This document shows, piece by piece, positions 13,966 to 25,441 of a stretch of 64,000 bases of DNA. The translations under genes and the position numbers were made by a program. Numbering within the stretch: the first letter of the stretch is position 1; every line of letters starts with the position of its first letter. Source of the stretch: Gnetum montanum. Taxonomy: Eukaryota > Plantae > Gnetophyta. The stretch is taken from positions 441,086 through 505,085 of the forward strand of contig MNCI01000415.1 in NCBI GenBank assembly GCA_015680685.1, in the 5' to 3' direction. The notes under the pieces were generated by a model. That model was not told the DNA's origin. It worked only from the letters and a program-made list of their open reading frames with translations, and made no database searches.

Positions 13966-14382
13966 AGAATTGAGGGCCCCATATGATTAGCATAGGTGGC
14001 CATCTCCCCCATGACTGAATTGCGAGGGAGAGATCTGAAATAATGAACGTCTATTTGAATTTCGTAGAAGTGCCCAACTCCTCCCAATTGATGATCTTAG
14101 GTTGAGGGGTGGGAGTTGGTGATGCTCATATTCCAATGTGTCTATGCCTTCATTATTGGCATGAGTTTCCTCAGTTTGTTCCATGCATATTAGTTTTTTC
14201 TTCCTAGTAGCTATCAACCACGGGGTGTCTACCACTAGTGTGGTTGCTACATACAGGCACCTTTGAATTTGTATTTCTTGGGCACACTGATTACATGAAA
14301 TAAATGCTAAACATTCTTCCATGTCATCACGCTCTGAGTCACTGTATGTGATGCATGGAACTTTCTTCTTCTTGATCTTTCC

Positions 14383-14823
14383 TTAAATGTTTATCTTAGA
14401 TATCTCCAAGGAAAGATCGTAGATCCCTAGGTACGCGTATATCGTACTTAACCATGGCCTTCCCATTATAATTGGGAAGCCCCCGTTGTTACTGTTGATT
14501 TCTATTACCAGGAAGTCAACTAGGTATGACCACCCACACAAAGTGGTAACAATGTCCTCCACCAATCCCAAGGGAATGGTGATGGACTGGTCTGCCAAAT
14601 CTAGTTGAATGTTGCTCTTCTTAATTTGGGGCAAGTTCCAGGCTTGATACATTTCTCGTGAAATTAAGTTAACTCTGGAACATGAGTCAAGAAGAGCCTT
14701 ATGTGGTTTATTCCTAGTAATTTGTAAATAGATTAAGGGGCTTCCAGGATCAGTTAGTTTCCTGGGAAGGTGACCTACCTTGATCCAGTCGGTTACGGTA
14801 TGCGTTAACATAACCGTATGCAT
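14383..14823 (-). pseudogene. Retropepsin (aspartic protease) domain of element B
   Basis: LPRKLTDPGSP...ALLDSCSRVNLIS...LADQSITIPLGLVEDI...VDFLVIE...PIIMGRPWL is the Athila-type protease pattern. Confidence 0.85.
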
Positions 14824-14969
14824 ACAGCTCTATTGGATTGAAGGGTGCACCAAAGCTTTATGTGTTGGAGGAGAATACATAGACTCAACCAATTTTTTTG
14901 AGAGCTTTTCTAGGCTTTTGGTTTTGAAGAAAGGTATTCTCTTTTACAGTTGTCAGAACTAGTAGCAGG

Positions 14970-17318
14970 TTAAATGTTTACGGCTCTTGTAGCGTTACGT
15001 TGCTGCGGTTGAGTAGGGAGTTCCCCTTGCATTGTTGGAGTAGGTTGTATGGGAACTACAGGTGGAAGAGGTGCGGATGGAGTTGGAGGATGGTGAGTAT
15101 GTGGGGTGCCTCCCAGAGGAGAAGGAGTCCTCCTAAAGTACTCCCAAACTTGGTAGTGACGTTGGGAAGTTGTGTGACTCATAGAGTCACTTGGAGAAAC
15201 CGACTGCTACACATAATATCCATAAGGATCAGGTTGCTGGTAAGGGTACTGTTGTGTCAGTGGTGGCATCCCCCATGACTATGGGTATTGCCACTACTGA
15301 TGTTGTCTGATGGGTTGTGGTGGAGTTCCACTTGGATAGTACATTAACGGTTGGTGGAACTGCCTTGGGTTACCTTGAGGATAAGGTAACCTTCGGGGTG
15401 TTTACCTTTGGTTGAGTCTTGGGTTAAGTGCATACATCCTAGACTCCTATAGATGTGATATGATTGGACAACATCCCTTGGGATGATCATAATAGTAGAT
15501 CTCACATCCACCGTCATCGTCTGTGTCTAAATCCACAACCTCATCAGAGATAGTAATTTTCCCCTTACCCTTGTTATGTGTAGGGCATGAATTTCTCCAC
15601 TTTGTCTTATCTTTGTCACTACTTCATTCCTCCTTAGAATCCTCTAAAATTTTCAAGATAGTTTCAAGTCTAGATTCTAAGGAATCCCACAATTGATCCA
15701 TCATAGCTGATACTTCTATTGTTAGTTTTTGAATCGGAATGGTTTTTCTGTTCACCAACTCTTCGAGTGGTGACTCATCCTCTTCATCGCAAAATTTCAA
15801 TCCCTTCTTCTGAAGGGAGGGATCACGGTTGTATTCTTCCATACTTTCCCTTTTTTGTAACTCACATTCTTCTTTTTCTACTTGTTCCAACAAGTGATGT
15901 ACTTCATGGGCTCTAAGTTCTAATAGTCTTCCTTGGGCATTAGTCCCAAGGGTTCTTCTAGTTTCATGCCTTAGCCCATCTACGATGTGGCAAAGTTGAT
16001 CCCGTTGAGCGTATCCATGGCCCAAGCAATGATGTAACAATGTGTAGTAGTGGGCCATGGCAGCATCCAAGGGTTCATGAGTACCTTGCTTTCATCCTTG
16101 GATCTTCTTACGCAAGTTAGACACTTTGGAGTACGTTTGATATTTATCATTAAAGAGTTCTAACATCGTACTCCACCTCCGAATGGTTTTCGATTCTAAG
16201 GACCAGTACCAACTCTCTACTTCCTTGGTGAGTGTCCTAGGAAACAACTTAAGTTTTTTCCACTCGTTCTCTATGTTTTGCAAGGCACAGGAATCATGGA
16301 ATGCCTATAAATGATGCTACAAATCAATGTTGTATCCCCCATCAAAGCGTGGGATATTATTCATGTCTAAACGCTTGATCCAACTATCTTTTAAATGCCT
16401 TGTTGGTATTCTCACTACCTCCGTTATGTTGAGCATACTTCAGGTGGCAAGTAGGGGCTCTTCATGATCATCTCTTTCATGATGCTTGTGATGTATTCAT
16501 TGTTCCCTACTTTCCCTTCATCCTTGCCCTTATCCTCTCTCCCAACTTTCCCGCCGAGGTCTCTCATCTTTCCTACCTCTATCCTCACCGTTATGCTCAT
16601 GGTGGCTACATCCAGATGTGGAAGGAAAGGGTGAGTGATGAAATTAAGGAGAAGAAGGAGAACCATTGTCATGACGATGTTTCTTACCTTCTCTTCAGCT
16701 GCTACGGCCCCGATCGTGGTGACGATCTAAGTGCCCATCCTTATTATGAGTTGTTGTTCTCTCTGTGAACAATTGGTGTTCACAGGGATCAGAACCAGTG
16801 TTATGTATCATTGAGCATAGGTTCTGATACCCCACCTTCTCACCATCATTAGGAGGAGGAACATCATTTGATAGAGAACATGTTATGAGTGGTTCACCAT
16901 CTCTTATTTCACTAAGGACATGTGGGCCTTTGCCCTTTAACAGTGTATGTTGACTCTCCTGCCTTGAGTCCCTCATACGTTGTGCTTCTGTGGGATGATA
17001 ATCCCTTGTGTCAAAATTTTTCACAATGTATTTAGCATATAATTCTATCATGCCAATCTATGCCAAAGCACGGAGGAGCATGTTGGGAACTGATTGATCC
17101 AGGAGTAACATGATGTTACCATGCAAATCCCTCCAGCGTAGCTGTTCGTCTTGATGGAGGATAAAGGTAAAGTCTGGAATATACTCATTAGGATAAGTAT
17201 AGACTATTTGGTATTGTTTAGGACTTGGCAGATTTTGGTTATGTGTTTTTGATTTCTGACTGTTCTTTGTATTGTCCCTAGGTGGTGAGTTGCTCTTGTG
17301 AGAAGAAGATGAAGACAT
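14970..17318 (-). pseudogene. gag: Athila-like gag with a long N-terminal extension (stops and frameshifts)
   Basis: Retrotrans_gag core (KLKLFPRTL...ESWYWSL..KTIRRWSTMLELFNDKY) at ~15900-16400, preceded by ~300 codons of unrecognised sequence. Confidence 0.8.
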
Positions 17319-17459
17319 TATGTCTTATTGGTGTGTTGTTATCATTATATAAATTTTTTCTTTAATTAACCTGAAGGTTTGTTTAGGCTCCCAACGATGT
17401 GAGTGATATCCTATGTTCTATTCAGTGCACAAACATGTTGTCCCCAACAATGGTGCCAA

Positions 17460-18374
17460 TTATGAGTGGTGAGATACCCCTACACTCAACCATACGAATA
17501 TGAGCGTAGCACACGTGATCTAGTTGAACTCCGTAGACTAAGTGCCTACACGCCCCATGGAACACTTAGGGTTAATTATTTGTTGTCTTTCTAGACTCAC
17601 TTGTAGTTGTCACGGTGTATGGTTAAGTAAGTCCAAGGTTTATGATTTTTATGGTTTTTATGTTTTATCTCCTATGCTATTGAGTTGAAGGGTTGAGAAA
17701 CTAATTACTAACTCTAACTAATGAACTAAGTCTAAATTACCTAGTGTTAGCATTCATTCCCACTTACCATACACACCCTGAACCGATGCAACTGTGGCTA
17801 CCAAACGCTAATCGTTGTTGGGATCACCACGTGTAATGCACGTGCTCAAAGTGGTTGTACTGAGGCACTTAACTAGGAGGAAAGGGTTGAGAAAATCTAA
17901 TCTAGCCTAAGTGCGATGAGCATCCGTTCCTTGATTATCCGTACACATCTTTAAATGCTCATAATCAAGTCATCCTGATTCTATGTTACTAGGAGATAAG
18001 GGTGAGAGAGAAAGTACTAAATAACATTAAATAAAATCCTATTCCATGCACTGCAAGGTTTATCTAGGAAGTTCTTCTTTATTTCTGTACACAACTTGTG
18101 TTCAGGTACAATGTTGCTCGAATAAAGATCCGTTCACTTTAGGACTCCTACTACGAGCACATGGAAAATATTCTATCTCTGGAGTGATCAATCTGCCATA
18201 GTTTTCCTACTTCTAGCCTAGGATGATGAAACAAGGGAGATCCACCTCTTATTTATAGATATGACGATGCACCGTGATATCGTGTACGCGATATCGCAGG
18301 GGACAACACGATATCGCGTACATGATATCATGACGGCCGCGATATCGCAGCCTGTGCAATATCGCGTCTCATAA
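17460..18374 (-). repeat. 5' LTR of element B
   Basis: Adjacent to the PBS; TATAAATA on the minus strand at ~18250-18257; GCGATATCGC palindrome cluster. Confidence 0.9.
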
Positions 18375-19514
18375 AACATAAAAAATTTAAATCTCTCACA
18401 AGAAAACTCAAACCTAAGGGCTGAGGATCAAATACTAACCTTATCTTATGAGCAGATTGAAAAAGAACTTGCAAATACAAAACTATTAAATGAGAGACTT
18501 GTCAAAGAAAAGGAATACCTTTGCATAGTTTTGGAACAAGGAAGAGATCCACATGATAAAAGTGGACTAGAATGTTATCAAAAAGAATAATTATTAACAA
18601 ATACTTCATCCAAACAAAAGGCTACACCAAGATTAGAAGTATTAATAAGCACTTCATCCAAACAAAACATAGCTCTAAGGTTTGACCATTTTACCCAAAG
18701 TGGAAAAGTTAGATGCTATTATTGTTGTAAAATTGGGCATATGCAATGGAATTATAATTTAAAATATCACCGCATGAGTAATTGGTCATACCATATAACT
18801 CCTTGATCTTACCTAAAAGTGCCTAGAAAGAAAATCTTGCAGGAAAAAAGGGAGTGGAAGATAAATCAAAAGGGTAAGGAAATCAAAAAAATGTGGAGGA
18901 TTAAGCAAAAAGAAGAAGATGATAAAACACTCACCATCAATTTCATGAAGAAAAGTTAGACTTTGGAAATACAAAACATTTGCATGGAGAAAGAAGAACC
19001 TCATTCCAAATCTCCATAACTTTCATGATTTCTCATTAGAAAACAAGGTAAGTAGAGGTAAGTTTTCATTTTTCTTATTTTGCCTAAAATTATTATAGGT
19101 CTATAATCCATGGAAGCTATCCCTAAAACTTTCCATGATTCAAAATAGACATTTCACTACCAAAATAGACATCCATCCATAGACGTTCATCCTTGGACAT
19201 CCATCTAAAAGATAGACATTGACCCATAGATGTCTATATTTATGATTAGATGTCCATCTAAGTTCTCCTATATTTGAGATAGATTTCCACCTGTTATGAT
19301 AGACATCCATCTAAGTTCTCCTAGTCTTGGAATAGAAATTCACCTATTAAGATAGATGTCCATCTCTATGGAAAAAAAACCCTCAACAGCTATAGTTATT
19401 TAAACCAAATCCTTCTCTTTTTCCTCATTTGTTATCATCCAAGCTTAGTCGTCCAAGAGAAGTTGATAAGGGCTTCCTCCAATCATGAATATCAATACAT
19501 TTTCTCCTAGATCC

Positions 19515-21080
19515 ATGGCTCGCAAGAAGATTGGAACATCAAGGGATCCTCCAAGGTAAGAAGGCAACAGGAGCATCATCAAATAAATCAAGCTCTTATC
19601 TACCTCAATTTTGCTCCAATAATGTTCAACATCACTTTGAGGTACCTTAAGCTGTATCCATTGTTTCTAAAAGGTCTCTAAATTTTCAATAGCATCATTA
19701 AAAGGAATTGATGGTCTTCTTTCAAGATATAAATTGGATTTTTTTTCATTATGATGAATTTTTGTATTCCTAAAATCCTCATTCAAGAATTCTATTACAA
19801 CATTATTATAACTAATGTTACTATTGGAGCTTCTTCTACCACTCTTGGAGGAATTTCGATTAAAGTATCCTCTCAAATAGTCAATGCCATTCTTCACATC
19901 TCTAATTCTAAGGTACATAGAGTTTCTATTCATTCTAAGACAAATATCTTTGCCAATGGTGTGTTTCCTATTACCCATAACAAGCTTTGCAATGTTCTCT
20001 TTGGAAAATCAAAACCTTTGAAAGGCATCAAAATACTTAGGAGTCAAATGGCCCAAGATGCTTCCACACTCTCCCTCATTATCCTATATAACATTGTTGT
20101 AAGGGAAGGACGTTACAATTATGTGTTACCTACCCAAGCATTTGTTCTCTACTATCTTCTCCTTGGACTATCACTAGCTTTAGGATACATTCTTTGTAGA
20201 GACATGTTGGGGTTGTTCCCCAATTAAAGAGTTTTTGGACATCCTCTTCTCATCAGTTATCTAATCAAATAGTCAAGGATTCTCATACTAGATATGCCTT
20301 TATTAAAAGGTAAGAGGAGCCTTGGTGAATTTTGAGAAAAGAGGATCATTGTACATATAGAGCCTAAAGTTCTATCCTTCAAACATCAGAAAGCTAGGAG
20401 GAAGCAAGCCTTGCTTGCATCTAGGGCCTCTTCTCAACTTAGGAGGTCTAAGTCCATGATTTTTTCAACCCTTAAGAAGGCACTAAAGCCATTTGCAAAC
20501 ACCTTTGGGATGATTGACAAAACTCTATCTTGCCTTTGTAAGAGAATGGATGCTATAGGAGTACCTGAACTAGTAGATGGACATTAGTTCATGGAGATCA
20601 TCACTCCTCCTATCTCTAATGATGAGAAGGTTATTCTTGCTCCTACCAAACATTCTATTGCAATCAAGCCATCTTGAGCTTATGAATCATTATATGCATC
20701 TAACTCTAAGAAGCTTATAGCACCATTGACATACATCCAAGGGAAGTCCATTCCTTATCATGATTATCTTGGATCCAATTCCTATTCTCATGAGGATATT
20801 TCTCAATCCTTTGAGTAGCATGAGATAAATAGAATTTTTGACATTGCATCTCATTGGAGATTAGATGATCCTATTACTTATCAGAGAAAGGATTCTTCCT
20901 CTTCCTCATAGCAAGCTTCATCCCAACTTTCATCATCACAATTTTAGGTGAAGCTTTGTCCTTGAAGAGCTACTATTAGAGTACATTCATTTGATGATGA
21001 TGAAGACAAGCAGCATGTCTCTAGCACTAGTACTAATAGTGATGAGGAGGAGGAGGAGACTTATAGATCCTCTCATGCAA
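19515..21080 (+). pseudogene. ENV-like / putative plant transposon protein (Transposase_32-like) ORF of element C
   Basis: MARKK start; LIQEFYYNI...VSSQIVNAILHI...IILYNIVVREGRYNYV...YYLLLGLSLALGYIL...GHPLLI pattern; acidic C-terminus; homologous to 44417-46057. Confidence 0.7.
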
Positions 21081-21179
21081 TAGCTCTTCTAATTATCCTT
21101 CTCTTGCTTCTTATCATGGTTGTTATCTTTGTTTTTATATTTTGACTTGGATTTCTTCTCTAATTTGGATCCTTTGTTA

Positions 21180-21720
21180 TTTCTATTTGAAGCTTGTTTT
21201 CTTCTATTCCCAAATCTAGTGAGTTTCATTTCTACCTTGAGTGTTGAATCATAAGCCTCATCAAGGGTTTAAGGCTCATAGAATGATAACTCTTGTGGAT
21301 ACATCATTTTGAGACCTTAAAGAAAGATTGAAGCATGTTCATATTCCTCTTAGTTTACCTTATCTTGATGAAATAGTTTACAAAATTTAATATAAATCTC
21401 CTTGACATCTTTTTCTCCCTATCTAAGGAATTTAAGCTTCATGATTATCTTTTGTCTTTTCCAAGATTATTAAAATTTCCATCTCAAACTATATTTCATA
21501 AAATTCTAATCCCTAATAGGCTAGACATTTTAGCTTTCATAACTTTGGGACTCTTTTTCCCAGTAAGTTTAAGTCATACTTTTAAATCTAGATTTAGAAA
21601 TTGGTACCCTCAATTGATTTATCATCTCTTCTAACTCAAAATTCTTGTAAAGTATCATAAACTAACTTACCAAAGCATTGGTATCATCTATATAATTAAA
21701 ATTTTTTAATCCCACATATG
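21180..21720 (-). pseudogene. gag: Highly degenerate chromovirus (CRM-like) gag remnant
   Basis: Manual translation LKFLR*GEKDVKEIYIKF...IFL*GLK...LSFYEP*TLDEAYDSTLKVE resembles the Ty3 gag major-homology region. Confidence 0.5.
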
Positions 21721-22699
21721 GAAATCATATGATATTTTTAAATGGACTAGAAAGTCTTACTTCATCTTCATCATCAAGCTTTCCATGAGAAGAAGTAGAT
21801 ATTGGTGATGAATATCTTGAAAATTTAACATAAGAATTTTGAATTTCATTCCTCTAGAATTCTAGGCTAACTAGTTCTCACACTTCCATAGTTGGGATGT
21901 TCTTCCTTCTTAATTTTATCCTCTCCACCAAGCTACAAAACTTCATCATCATCATTTGAATAGGAATTCTCATCATCACGATGAGTTTAAATATGGTTGG
22001 GACCTACATTCCTATGTACCTTCCCACTAATCTCATCCAATTGTTCAACCATTAACTGAAGGATAGATTTCATTCTCTCCATGTTTCAGTTCAAGATTTG
22101 AATATTTTTCTTCTTATGAGCCATATAAAACAGACACAAATATGCATAACTAAATTCCAAATAATAGTAAACATAAGTTTGTGACATTAATTCCTAAAGT
22201 AGGATCACTTTGATTTACTTTAACTTTTTAAACACACCAAATTCATAACATCTTAAAAGATAATTACATTGCTAGATAATAAGAAAACTAGCTATCTTCT
22301 ATTAATTCAAAAGAAGATTATAATTACAACATAACCATAATTCCATAAAACATAAATCAATTACACCCTTGATTATATTATACAACACGAGGCTCTATAA
22401 TTATACACATGATTCACATCAATGCAAGGCACAATTAATCTAGATATCTTTCTCATATAGACTAGATTCAATTACACGAAAAGCTACAATGGCTAATATC
22501 ACATGCACAATTAATCATAGAAATGCACACCACTCTCATGAAATCTCTCTTAATTCTCACCATGTCAAAACATGCAAACCTAAATATGTATCAAGTACAA
22601 GACCAAGTGCCCTAGGGAAAAATTCCTCATAACCTACTTGGATATCTCTAGATGTTTCCAATATTTCTATTATCTTTCTTAACTATTTTCACATTGAAA

Positions 22700-23020
22700 C
22701 TACCACATGAGAGCCTTTTCCTAGTCAAAAAATATGTCTACAAGTTTAACAAGATGTCTCACTAACAACCCTAGATTTTAGGTAAGATATCTCTTATTTT
22801 GATAAGATGTCTCCTCTAGAGACAATATGTCTTTCTTATAAGTAAGATGTCTTCCCAAAAATGTCTCCTCTAAGTGATAGATGTCTTCTTAGAGATGTCT
22901 CTTCTTAGGCCAAAGTACCTCCTCTCCTAGCCAAGACAACTCCTGGGCATTTGGGATATTTCTTGTGTCATCTCAACTTTGAGGAAAGACATCTCTTAGG
23001 TTATCAAGATGTCTTAACAA
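22700..23020. repeat. Cluster of agatgtct / agacatct motifs
   Basis: About 10 dispersed copies, similar to the motif in elements C and D. Confidence 0.55.
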
Positions 23021-23629
23021 CTTTTTGAAAGCTTCATTCCTCCACTTGTAGGAATGAACAGGGGTTTGGAAGAGGTGTTCCTACATCAAAATTTCTAGTT
23101 GTTGTAATGAAATTATTTTATAAATACTCCATAACATTTATATTTACTAAGAAGATCTACCTAACTTATGGTTGAAAATGGTTCAATAACCACACTATAA
23201 GCTAGGGGATACACTAACAATCCAAGAGTACATTTCCAAATCAAACATGGACATATGAGATTTTATTATGAGAAAAGATTAAAATGCTAAAAATAATAAA
23301 ATAAATGAAATAAATAGTCATAATAAAGTAGAGCACTACTAATATTAGAAATCAATGATGATGGAAAAATAAGTGATTTTAAAAAGAAATAAAAGGGATT
23401 TTTCTTTGTTATATGGTAGTAAAAGGTTTTGTTAAATGTCTACATTGAAGGAGGAAGAATAAAATGGATATAAAAACAAAAAGAAAAAGTGAGATAAAAC
23501 TCTTAATTCTTACTACTAAAAAAACAAAGATATATTAATATTAGGGTGACAAAGAAGTTGACTAATTCTGAGCAATGTTGGAGATAACAGATCAAGTGAA
23601 GTATGAAAATAAAATCTATAGATGATGAT

Positions 23630-25182
23630 TGAAACACCGTGAAAATTGTGAGTCAGCCTCAGGCGAAGATTCGCGATTCAAACAAAAGTACATGAAAAAA
23701 TTCCAGAAAGAAGAACAAGGTAGGGCAACGCAAAGAGGCGCGCGGCATCAAGACTTTGGTTTCCTTTCGCAAATTTCTTATCTTACTATGTTTTCTGTCT
23801 TTACGCTATAATACGCAATGTAGCGTAATGATGCTCAGCGTAACATAGTCTGACATTAGAAGGCGGTTTACTTCAACAAATTTGATGAAGCCTAAGGCCT
23901 AAGCAGCGTAATATGCGACCCTCGTGTATTCTACTAAGTCTTTTGTCCAAGGGCAAAGTTATGCTCTGTTACACAAGGCAGCGTAACGAGCTTTGGAAAT
24001 GTCAAAAAAGGACCCAAAGGAAGCGCAACAGGTCAAGTTACGCTCATTACGCAACGCAGCGTACGCAGCATAATCCATTGCCAAGTTAACCATTGTTTAC
24101 GCTTCACTACACTTGGCAATGTGAACCAGCGTAAAGCAGCTTGAGTCCCTTACTTGTGTGCTTTATTACGCTCTAGTACATGACGCAGTGCGTACGAGTG
24201 TAATGTAGCCCAAAATCAATTAAGACATGCCCGATCCACATTTGTTATTCATACGCACAATACGTAGATGCGCGTATTGTGCATAGTCATGAATTTCAGC
24301 ATAAGGATGATCAAGTCAACGATCTTTCGAAAGGTTTGAAACACGTGTCAGCACAGCCATTCCTTTTCCACATGTCGTTAAACTTATAAATACCTCAGTT
24401 GGCAAGAGAGACAAGAGGGGACGATAGAAAAAGAGACACAGAGACACCAAGACAGAGAGAGAGCAGCATTTTTCTAGCAATCATTTGGCAGCACTATCTT
24501 CCTTCAGAGACAGGAGACATTTTGCCTGAGCATTGGCAGCAGGAGCGATTACCTCTTTGGCGAAGACACAACTTTCTCCATTGGTGATCGTCAGCAGTTT
24601 CGAGAAAAGACTACCTAAGGCAAAAGGAGCAGATCAGAGATCAAGAGATCATCTGGTGTGGTTTGTGAGTTTCTATTGGCCAGAAGCAGTTGATCAATAG
24701 ACGTCAGAACTTGACCTTCCTTGCATCCTATCTCTGGCCTACGAGGTAGATCAAACTCCATTCTGTATTTCTGCTTAGATAGTTTTCCTTGTTATTTTGT
24801 GTCTGCTTCACACAAGGCAATCGGGGTCTCCCCAATGTAACGTGATATACAAAATATTCATTTTTTAGGTCAAAGTCATAGATCTTGAAATCACGCGTTT
24901 CTCTCGTGTCTGATTCCTTTTTATCGCGTTAACATTATCATTATTGTAATTCATCTGCATTGTTTTTCTCTCATTTCGCAACTCATCGAATCAAATCGTT
25001 CAACGAAACATTCATAATCTCCATCAGTTTACTGATTTAGTAAGTCCTTGTCTAATCGACAAGACCGTTCAGGGCACCGCAGATTCGTTTTCTACAGCAC
25101 AGCCCTCGCACGGATCCGCGGTTAAGACTGTGTACACGGATTTTGTTTGGTATTCTAGTTGCCGACATTTTCCGTCGTTACA
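23630..25182 (+). repeat. 5' LTR of element A (1553 bp; TATAAATA at 24385-24392)
   Basis: tgaaacaccg...cgtcgttaca, repeated at 39648-41201. Confidence 0.97.
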
Positions 25183-25188
25183 GTTTTC

Positions 25189-25207
25189 TGGCGCTAGAAG
25201 GAGGGCC
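25189..25207 (+). promoter_or_regulatory. Primer-binding site complementary to the 3' end of plant tRNA-Asn(GTT)
   Basis: TGGCGCTAGAAGGAGGG, 6 nt downstream of the LTR. Confidence 0.9.
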
Positions 25208-25441
25208 TAAGCTCCGATTCATATTTTTTACGGGTAGCCCTATTAGCGATCTATACCCGCGTTGCCAAAAACGTGAACGTAATACCTCTAGGGAAGTTTA
25301 CGAAAGTTCGTGTGGTGTAGATCGGTTGCTTTAACGATTCTTTTGGAATCCTACAGGGTAGAAAGCCTAAACGTGATCTTCTTTGCCCATTGTTTTTTTT
25401 CTTAGATCCAGTCGTTTATTATCAACCAATCTACTTGATCA

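Larger units (their letters stand above)
11295..18374 (-). mobile_element. Element B: complete non-autonomous Athila-like Ty3/gypsy element (gag + protease, no RT/RH/INT)
   Basis: LTRs 11295-11969 and 17460-18374; TSD AACAT (11290-11294, 18375-18379); tRNA-Asp-like PBS TGGCACCATTGTTGGGGA (17441-17458); PPT-like agacataggggta next to the 3' LTR. Confidence 0.9.
8906..21080 (+). mobile_element. Element C: pol-less Sirevirus-like Ty1/copia element (5' LTR, gag, ENV-like ORF), interrupted by element B and 3'-truncated
   Basis: LTR 8906-10043 (tgttaacc...gatccaca) with C-rich 3' end, Met-type PBS tggtattgaagcc at 10046-10058, copia gag with two zinc knuckles. Colinear with complete element D. Confidence 0.85.

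Noticed and set aside
13707-14087. Hydrophobic ORFs resembling membrane proteins
   Set aside because: Derived from the (tgtaaaacaaaa)n repeat.
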